From: Octopus sinensis
Lineage: Eukaryota
Assembly: GCF_006345805.1 (NCBI RefSeq)
Contig: NC_043002.1
Coordinates: 85,250,001 to 85,314,000 of the forward strand
Direction: 5' to 3'
Length of the DNA stretch: 64,000 nucleotides
Position 1 is the stretch's first letter. Every line of letters starts with the position of its first letter. The position numbers were made by a program, and so were the translations under genes. This document shows, piece after piece, positions 55,124 through 64,000 of this stretch. The notes under the pieces are model-generated. The model was not told the origin of the DNA and made no database searches. It was given only the letters and a program-made list of their open reading frames with translations.

Positions 55124-55272
55124 CCGTATAAAGCATCTTTGAATCCTATAAAGCATTTTTGAGTCCTATAAAGCATATGTTCCTAAAAAGAATCAATTTT
55201 CTATTAAGCATCTTAGATTCCTATAAAGTACCCTAGATACTTATAAAACATCATAAATTTCTATAAAGCATT
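55124..55272. repeat. Degenerate minisatellite, ~17-22-bp unit with core CCTATAAAGCAT, about 8 copies
   Basis: Directly visible. Confidence 0.85.
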
Positions 55273-55566
55273 AAAGATGTGAATAGAATGACATTAATGT
55301 TTCCTTAGATGTACATGAGGTTTCAAATTTTGAAGGAAGAAAACAGGCAATTATGTAACCCTCAGTATAGTATTTGAATGGTAATTTCATCGTCTCTGGA
55401 AATATTAAAGATAAATTTGATAAATTTGTCCTCAGCGGGTTTTGAACTCAAAATGTTTTAACGATTCTGCCCCATGTATAGGGAAAAGCATGAACATCGT
55501 AATTTTATTCTTCTTCCTCTAAAAAACATTAAGTTTCCTGTCTAACTTGAGAGAACAAGAAATTTA

Positions 55567-55968
55567 GGATCTTTTCGGTTTGAACGGCAGTTTTTTCTAG
55601 CGGTGTCATATGAAATTGTCACCCATAATTATGACCCAAGAATCGATCTATGGCATTTCAATCTGTTTTAGGGTTAGGGTTAGGGGTGGGGGAAGGGTAT
55701 CTTTTTTTTTTCACAAATGTAAATAAACCCAATCTGTTTCTTAAACGAGGGACATATTCATACGGCACAGAATGCTTTTTAACTCAATAGACGTCAGTGA
55801 TTGGTTGGAATTGCAGAAATTAAAGAAAAAAGCAACAATAAATATCTTATAAACTATAGAATTTTCTCAATAAAGCCAAGAGAAAAATTCTACCAGTATA
55901 CGAAGTTAAAAAATTTTTTAGTTACCTAAAAATTATGTTAAAAACTGCCGTTCAAACCGAGAAGATCC
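55567..55968 (+). mobile_element. TTAGGG-containing MITE, copy 3, 8-bp TSD
   Basis: TSD GAAATTTA at 55559-55566 and 55969-55976. Confidence 0.93.
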
Positions 55969-56824
55969 GAAATTTATTCATTGACAGGCAATATACGTCT
56001 GGAAAAAGTAAGTTTAAAAGTAACGGAGTGCTAATAATTATCCTAGCTTATCCTAGCTGAACATGTTCGATTTGAACTCGCTATGCGCAGACAATATTGA
56101 CTTAGTACACTTGCAAGCAATTTTCATTCAACAAGTTCTATATTAAAAATAGCATTGTTAATTATTAACATTTGGTTATTAGTCACTGTGCGTGGAAAAT
56201 GTTCAAAGTTCCTATTCGAAATTGGTGAAATCAATTTGCTTCCATTAAGTTCAGATTTACATACTTGTTACGCCATTCAGGTTTCAATTATTAGAAATTC
56301 TGTCATGCAGTTACTTCATCACACACACACACACACAACACACACACACACATTTCTATGCAAATAATACAAGGCTTCACGCTGTCTTAACCTTCCATGC
56401 ACGTGTCATTCACATGCAACACGGACACTTCAAAACCAGACTTGTACTGCTTAAATAAGACAGTCATCAACAAGAGCATGACAATTAGTCTCCTATCAAC
56501 AGTACAAACACACAACCACTTTTCCCTCCTCCAGAATCCGATCCGAACTAAATATCCCATCACCGCCACCGCCATCAATCATTACCACTGGAAAAAAAAC
56601 AACATTTCTTCTTAAATTTGCAGCTTTCTGAAATTTCTTCCATGCTTCCCTTAATTAGTTAATCTTGCTTTCGTGTAGCCCCAGGTCAACTCTGATCCAG
56701 CAGTCACCCGAATGAAGAGGCGAGATCCACTGATTCATTTTGCCAGTTATTCTGTGTCTGCTCCTCAGTGAGGTGCCGAGAAGTGTCTAAGCCTGTTTGC
56801 GAGATCTAAAGCAATTAACGAAAG

Positions 56825-57250
56825 GGATCTTTTCGGTTTGAACGGCAGTTTTTAACATAATTTCTATGTAACTAAAAAATTTTAAACTTCGTATACTGGT
56901 AGAATGTGTTTATAAAACATCTTTTTCCCTTGGCTTTATTGAGAAAATTCTATAGTTTGTAAGATATTTGTTGTTTTTTTTCTTCTATTTCTGCAATTTC
57001 AACCAATCACTGACGTCTGTTGAGGTAAAAAAAAACATTCTGTGCCGTATGAATATGTCCCTCGTTTAAGAAACAGATTGGGTTTATTTACATTTGTGAA
57101 GAAAAAAGATACCCTTCCCCCCACCCCTAACGCTAACCCTAACCCTAAAACAGATTGAAATGCAATAGATCGATACTAGGGTCATAATTATGGGTGACAA
57201 TTTCATATGACACCGCTAGAAAAAAACTGCCGTTCAAACCGAAAAGATCC
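56825..57250 (-). mobile_element. TTAGGG-containing MITE, copy 4
   Basis: Perfect TIRs, reversed body with CCCTAA repeats; no matching TSD. Confidence 0.93.
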
Positions 57251-57442
57251 GACACAGGGCCTGAAATTTTAGAGGGGACTAGTCGATGTAAGCGTCCCCA
57301 GTGTTTCGCTGGTACTCAATTTATCAACGCCGAAAGGATGAAAGTAGACATCGGCGGAATTTGAACTCAGAACGTGAAGGCGGACAAAATGTCGGTAAGC
57401 ATTTTACTCGATGTGCTAACGATTCTGCCAGCTCGCTGCCTT
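57251..57442 (-). mobile_element. SINE family A monomer
   Basis: Reverse-complement match. Confidence 0.85.
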
Positions 57443-57459
57443 AATTATTACAACATAAT

Positions 57460-58042
57460 CCTTTCTACTATAGGCACAAGGCCCGAAATTTTGAGGGAGG
57501 GGTAATCGATCACTTCGACCCCAGTACTTTACTGGTACTTAATTCATCGACATCGAAAGGATGAAAGGCAAAGTCGACCTCAGCGGAATTTGAACTCAGA
57601 ATGTAACGGCAGACGAAACACCTATTTCTTTACTACCCACAAGGGGCTAAACACAGAGAGGACAAACAAGGACAGACAAACAGGTTAAATCGATTACATC
57701 GACCCCAGTGCGTAACTGGTACTTATTTAATCGACCCCGAAAGGATGAAAGGCAAAGTCGACCTCGGCGGAATTTGAACTCAGAACGTAACGGCAGACAA
57801 AATACCTATTTCTTTACTACCCACAAGGGGCTAAACACAGAGGGTACAAACAAGGACAGACAAACGGATTAAGTCGATTACATCGACCCCAGTGCGTAAC
57901 TGGTACTTATTTAATCGATCCCGAAAGGATGAAAACCAAAGTCAACCTCGGCGGAATTTGAACTCAGAACGTAACGGCAGACAAAATACCGCAAAGCACT
58001 TCGCCCGGCGTGCTAACGTTTCTACCAGCTCGCCGCCTTTAC
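57460..58042 (-). mobile_element. SINE family A, internal trimer with 15-bp TSD
   Basis: Three B-box/central-box units; TSD TTATTACAACATAAT at 57445-57459 and 58043-58057. Confidence 0.92.
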
Positions 58043-58430
58043 TTATTACAACATAATGACATGAAAATGTTATTCTCCATTTATCTGTTTGCCTACCTTG
58101 TCTGTCTGTGTGTCTGTCTGTCTCTGTCTCTCTCTCTGTCTCTCTCTCTCTCTAGGTAGGTTAGTAAGTACGTATGTACGTAAGTATGCATGTATGTATG
58201 CACCTCCCCTCCCACATATGCATTTCTAAACACGTTCGTTAAAATCATTCATTTAACTTGTATTTATTTTTTTAAAGAGAAATGTTTATAGGAAAATAGA
58301 AAGAAAACGGTGAATCTCCGTTCTTCAAATTTCTCGAACGAAAATTACAAATATTCATTCTTTTTTCGCTAAATTCTAATTAGTTTCTTTACAATAAGAA
58401 ATACCATCTACTTTCTCTCCCCCTCCCCCC

Positions 58431-58460
<30 letters not shown>

Positions 58461-58461
<1 letters not shown>

Positions 58462-58711
58462 AAATTAGAAAAAAACCCACCCTTTATCAATTCAAAATGA
58501 ACAATTAAATTACACCATCTAGAAAATTACATATAGTAGAAATATCATTAAAATAACAATAAAATTTCAAAGATTAAGTAAATTGCAAAAAAAAAACTAA
58601 TAATAATAATAAAATATATTTTAATGTTAATATTTCTATATGTAATTTTCTAGATGGTGTAATTTAATTGTTCATTTTGAATTGATAAAAGGTGGGTTTT
58701 TTCTAATTTTT
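58461..58711. repeat. Foldback with ~90-bp arms embedded in (TA)n
   Basis: 58461-~58555 is the near-perfect reverse complement of ~58617-58710. Confidence 0.9.
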
Positions 58712-58808
58712 TATATATATATTATATTGTGTGAAATTTGATTTAGTATTTCTAAATTGAATTTTTTTTCCTTGTAAGTTTTGGATTTTATTCCCTCAAA
58801 TATTATAT

Positions 58809-58869
<61 letters not shown>

Positions 58870-59464
58870 TGCATCAGCATGGCCGCAGCTCTGAGCTGAA
58901 ACAAGAAAAAACGAAAACAAAAAAACAAACGAATATATATATCCCTGTTTTTACCTCAATTTCTCTCTCAACACAGTAGTAACCTAAGCATCCCACAAGC
59001 ATTCAGTCATTTCAGAGAAATTGTTGAACGATTATTTTCTTACGGCCATGTTAAAATTCATTTTATTATTGAACAATTTTGCATATAAAATAAACCTTTA
59101 ATTTCACAAAGACAAGCAGCGACGCAGCGGCAGAGCATGCGGAGGTCTGAGCTACATCAGGGACAAAGACAGTCTCTTCGACAAGCTGATTCTAAGAGAC
59201 ATCATGAACTTCGTCAAAGAATAGAAACCCTAGCAAAAAATTATCATCGACGTAGAATTCCGTTTGTGAAACAGCATCAGCATGAACTGTTGTTCAAAAC
59301 GAATTATATCGGCAAAATAAGCAGAGATATATGGCTAGACGTCATGATGCTGATGATCTTCGACAAAGTAATGCTGATATTTACCAGCATAGGGTCATAG
59401 AAGTTTAGTGTTATCATTGCAACGCTTACATTTTCTGGTAAGCCAATTATGGACACAGTAAACA

Positions 59465-59716
59465 GTAAAGTTACCTTCTCGAATCATGCCGACTCATAAG
59501 AAACGGTTTCCCGGTCTCATGGCGTACATAACCTCCATCTGGACTGAATGCCGGTCCGTTGCAGGAATACTCATTCTTGCCAACTGAGTGGACTGGACAA
59601 CGTGAAATGAAGGGTTTTGCTCAAGAACACAACGCGTTGCCCGATTCAGGGCTAGAAACCATAATTTTACGATCATCAGTCCAACACCCCTAACTACGGG
59701 GCCACGCTCTTACACA
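59465..59716 (-). mobile_element. CORE-like SINE (family C, tail 3), diverged
   Basis: Central box and tail match 40125-40384; ACAGTAAAC on both flanks. Confidence 0.82.
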
Positions 59717-59725
59717 ACAGTAAAC

Positions 59726-60026
59726 CAGTGGTTCTTAACCATCTTTTATCAATGGACCCCTTTGGTTATTATTTTATTCTGGTGGATTCCGATAGTCATT
59801 CTATGTTTAAAAAATAGCTTTATAGATACCTCTTTCAAAATTTGTATTGTTTATGACACATTCACTTATGACACCAGAGAAAGAAACGTTGCTGTTTCTT
59901 GCGATGAATACATCTAAAGCGAATTTTTTCAGGGACCCTTAATATATTACTGAGTGTCCTCGATTTACTATTTTGCTTGCGTTGGCCCCAACAAAATCTT
60001 ATGTCGACCCCGACTAAGAACCACTG
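59726..60026. mobile_element. hAT (Charlie-like) MITE with 8-bp TSD
   Basis: TIR CAGTGGTTCTTA; TSD CAGTAAAC at 59718-59725 and 60027-60034. Confidence 0.9.
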
Positions 60027-60334
60027 CAGTAAACAATCTTTAATTCCTTCTTGATAATGCACCTATATTTCAATGAATTAAAACTACTTATTCTAATATA
60101 AAACAAGTCATACACTAGTGTATATATATATATATCCCAACGATGATCATATTCGTGTCCCCCCCCCCACCTCCAAAAAAATCATTTAAAAAAAAATTGC
60201 CGAAAACAATCGCAGTAATGAAAACATAGGAATCCAAAATTTCGGGATTGCCGGTCCGGATTCGGCCCAGTATGTTTTTAATTTACTCACAGAGATAGCC
60301 TTTAGATTATAAAAATTGTTACCGTACAAATTTG

Positions 60335-60711
60335 AGATCTTTTCGGTTTGACCGGCAGTTTTTTCTAGCGGTGTCATATGAAATTGTCACCCATAATTAT
60401 GACCCTAGTATCGATCTATTGCAGTTCAATCTGTTTTAGGGTTAGGGTTAGGGGTGGGGGGAAGGGTATCTTTTTTTCTTCACAAATGTAAACAAACCCA
60501 ATCTGTTTCTTAAACGAGGGACATATTCATACGGCACAGAATGGTTTTTACCTCAATAGACGTCAGTGATTGGTTGAAATTGCAGAAATTGAAAAAAACA
60601 ATAAATATCTTACAAACTATAGAATTTTTTTCGATATCAGTATACGAAGTTTAACATTTTTAAGTTACCTAGAAATTATGTTAAAAACTGCCGTTCAAAC
60701 CGAAAAGATCC
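60335..60711 (+). mobile_element. TTAGGG-containing MITE, copy 5, 8-bp TSD
   Basis: TSD CAAATTTG at 60327-60334 and 60712-60719. Confidence 0.93.
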
Positions 60712-60936
60712 CAAATTTGTCGCAAAAAGTCACGTAAAAATATTGCCGATAACAACCACAGTAAGGAAAATTTGAGAATCCAAAATTTCAGGTTTGTGGG
60801 TCAGGATTCGAACCGAAATGTTTTTTTAATTTACTCACAGAGTCAGCCTGATTCCAAAATGGTATAATATGTTGGGCTATGGCCTCGAGAAGTAAGGGTG
60901 AAAAAGTGTGACACACTGACATTCACATTTATTATA

Positions 60937-61810
60937 CAGGGTGTTCCAGAAGTCTTGGGCACATTTCAAGTCCTCATATCTGCTGGACTATGATTGGTAG
61001 TAAGATGAAACTGGTACCATTTTAAAGCTAAATTCATAAAGTTTTTTGTAATGCTAACGATTTTTTTCATATTTTTTCAGATCCAGTAAAGGCGGTTCAC
61101 TCAATCAGAAAAGGCGTTGCGTCCTTAAATTTGCAAAAACTGAATCATGGACATATGTTCAACGTGCATTTCGCACAAAATTCTGAAAGGAAGCACCAAA
61201 AAGGAAGTCCATATTGAGATGCATGGTAAATTCATGAAAGATAGGCGTTTGTGCCCAGCTAAAAGAACGGGACACCCCTCAACTTCAGATGATACGGTTG
61301 AGCGAGTTCGAACTGCCTTCGAGCGGAAGCCCCGTAAATCGATCAGAAGAGCAAGTAGAGACTTCATTTTCCAACAGGATGGGGCGTCACCGCACTGGAG
61401 ACTCAGGGTTAGACACAACACTGCCAGACAGATGGATTGGACGGTCTGGGCGAGATGATCGCGTTCTTGTCCTGGCCTCCCAGGTCTCCAGATCTCACAC
61501 CCTGCGATTTCTTTTTGTGGGCGTTTGTGAAAGGACTGGTCTATGTGCCTCCTCTTCCCAAAGAGTGGATGAAATGAAGGCCCGAATAACGAAAACTGTT
61601 GCAACCATCGACAACGCAATGCTGGAATACGTTTGGTAAGAATTGGACTATCGGCTTTGACCAACGGTGCTCACATTGAACATCTTTGAATATTCCATAA
61701 AAAAAACTTAAAGTTGCAGGCTTTCAGAATATATCAGATGCGTTTTTTGTCCTTAATAGTTTTCGAGATATTCAATGTCAAAATGTGCTCAAGACTTCTG
61801 GAACACCCTG
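60937..61810 (+). mobile_element. Internally deleted Tc1/mariner (maT-like) element
   Basis: 30-bp TIRs CAGGGTGTTCCAGAAGTCTTG(G/A)GCACATTT, TA TSD, motifs FQQDGASPHW and WPPRSPDLTPCDFFLWAFVK. Confidence 0.93.
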
Positions 61811-61834
61811 TATTATATTTTTTATACAATATTG

Positions 61835-62040
61835 AGGGAGCGAGCTGGCAGAATCGTAAGCACGCCGGGCCAAATGTTTAACAGTAATTCATCCGCCATT
61901 AAGTTTTGAGTTCGAGGTCGACTTTGACTTTCATCCTTCTGGGGTCGATAAAATAAATACCAGTTGCGTACTGGGGTCGATGTAATCGATTTAATCTCTC
62001 CCCACAAAATTTGAGGCCTTGTGCTTTCAGTATAAAGGAT
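61835..62040 (+). mobile_element. SINE family A monomer
   Basis: Match to the family. Confidence 0.85.
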
Positions 62041-62137
62041 TTATTAAAGTTGCAAAAGTGTAACACACTGACATTCGCATTTATTATATTAGAATGTTTA
62101 ATTTTGGGTAAACTTTATTTCTATTAAAGTGCATTTT

Positions 62138-62218
62138 GTATGTATGTATGTATGTATGTATGTATGTATGTATGTATGTATGTATGTATGTATATATATA
62201 TATATGTATGTATGTATG

Positions 62219-62250
<32 letters not shown>

Positions 62251-62256
62251 TGTATG

Positions 62257-62287
<31 letters not shown>

Positions 62288-62416
62288 CTGTATGTATGTA
62301 TGTATGTATGTGTATGTATGTATGTAGTATGTATGTATATATATGTATGTATGTAGTATGTATGTATGTATGTATGTATGTATGTGTATGTATGTATGTA
62401 TGTATGTATATGTATG

Positions 62417-62448
<32 letters not shown>

Positions 62449-62494
62449 TGTATGTTGTATGTATGTGTATGTATGTATGTATGTATTGTATGTG

Positions 62495-62525
<31 letters not shown>

Positions 62526-62687
62526 TGTATGTATGTATGTATGTATGTATGTCTGTATGTATGTATGTATGTATGTATGTAGTATGTATATGTATGTATG
62601 TATGTATGTATGTATATATGTATGTATGTATGTATGTATGTAGTAGTATGTATGTATGTATGTTGTATGTATGTATGTATATGTATG

Positions 62688-62723
<36 letters not shown>

Positions 62724-62880
62724 TGTATGTATGTATGTATGTTGTATGTATGTATGTATGTATGTATGTAGGTATGTATAGTATGTATGTATGTAGGTAT
62801 GTATGTATGTATGTATAGTATGTATGTATGTATGTATGTATGTATGTATGTATGTATGTTTGTATGTATGTATGTATGTA
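62138..62880. repeat. ~740-bp (TATG)n microsatellite
   Basis: Directly visible. Confidence 0.97.
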
Positions 62881-63033
62881 TTAAAGAAAGCAAAAGATAA
62901 AACAAAAATGATTGTGTTCAGTGTGTTGGTTCAGTATATTGGCAACAGGAATTTCTGTGAAAGGGACATGGTCAAACAGTTGTGCATCACCTCCCTCTTT
63001 CTCTCACATACCCACTCTCTCACTCTATTATTA

Positions 63034-63088
<55 letters not shown>

Positions 63089-63110
63089 TCTCACTGCTAC
63101 CATCAACGTA

Positions 63111-63395
63111 GGCGTGACAGTGGTAAGTAGCTTGCTTCCCAACCATATGGTTTCCGGTTCAGTTTCCTTGGACGAATGTATTCTGCAATAGCCTTGGGCC
63201 GACCATAGCCTTATGAGTAGATTTGGGAGACGGAAACTGAAAGAAACCCGCCGTATGTAACATAGCAGTTCGGCAAAAAAAAAACGATAGAAGAAGTGCT
63301 AGACTTGAAAAAAATAAATGCTGGGGTTGATTCATTCGACTAAATGTTCTTCGAGTCAGTGCCCCATCATGGCTGCAGAATAATGTCTGAAACAA
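63111..63395 (+). mobile_element. SINE family B, diverged, lacking the internal microsatellite segment
   Basis: Head and 3' half match the family. Confidence 0.8.
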
Positions 63396-63510
63396 GGAGA
63401 TGTATGTATGTATGTATGTATGTATGTATGTGTATGTATGTATGTATGTATGTATGTATGTAGGTAGGTAGGTAGATAGATAGGTAGATAGGTACGTACG
63501 TATGTTTGTA

Positions 63511-63661
63511 TGGAGCGGCTGTGTGGTAAGTAGCTTGGTTACGAACCACATGGTTCCGGGTTCAGTCCCACTGCGTGGCACCTTGGGCAAGTGTCTTCTA
63601 TAACCTCGGGCCGACCAAAGCCTTGGTAGACGGAAACTGAAAGAAGCCCGTCGTATATATG

Positions 63662-63716
<55 letters not shown>

Positions 63717-63945
63717 TGTGTGTGTGTGTGTGTGTGTGTGTTTGTGTGTGTATGTCCCCTTAACATCCCTTGACAACCGATGCTGGTGTGTTTACGTCCC
63801 CGTAACTTAGCGGTTCGGCAAAAGAGATCGATAGAATAAGTACTAGGCTTACAAAGAATAAGTCCTGGGGTCGAGTTGCTCGACCAAAGGTGGTGCTCTA
63901 GCATGGCCACAGTCAAATGACTGAAACAAGTAAAAGAGTAAAGAG
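63511..63945 (+). mobile_element. SINE family B
   Basis: Match to the family. Confidence 0.92.
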
Positions 63946-63966
63946 TATATCTATGTGTGTGTGTGT

Positions 63967-64000
<34 letters not shown>

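Noticed and set aside
59137-59400. R/Q/H-rich 87-aa ORF as a Helitron RepHel N-terminal fragment or host exon
   Set aside because: Only compositional resemblance; no diagnostic motif or splice support

Overview
AT-rich, repeat-saturated animal genomic DNA. The SINE families, the (TA)n/(CA)n/(TACA)n/(TAA)n microsatellites and the internal TTAGGG motifs point to an octopod cephalopod, probably Octopus; this is inferred from repeat content, not from a search. I found no intact host gene, and nearly all supplied ORFs are microsatellite read-through or transposon remnants. Main structures: (1) an ~8 kb stack (11.5-19.5 kb) of six same-strand R4/Dong-like non-LTR retrotransposon pieces from five families, separated by (TAA)n tracts and sharing a covarying 3' stem-loop; (2) a ~530 bp non-coding element found four times, always in (TAA)n in the same orientation relative to the repeat, a candidate non-autonomous partner of those LINEs; (3) Penelope-like element 3' ends with GIY-YIG C-termini and variant minimal hammerhead motifs next to (TA)n, plus foldback inserts in (TA)n; (4) five copies of a MITE carrying a TTAGGG G-rich core, three with perfect 8-bp TSDs; (5) several tRNA-derived SINE families and remnants of mariner/Tc1, piggyBac, hAT, Helitron, L1/Tx1 and CR1/L2-type elements. 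Coordinates were counted by eye and may be off by a few bases at degenerate ends.
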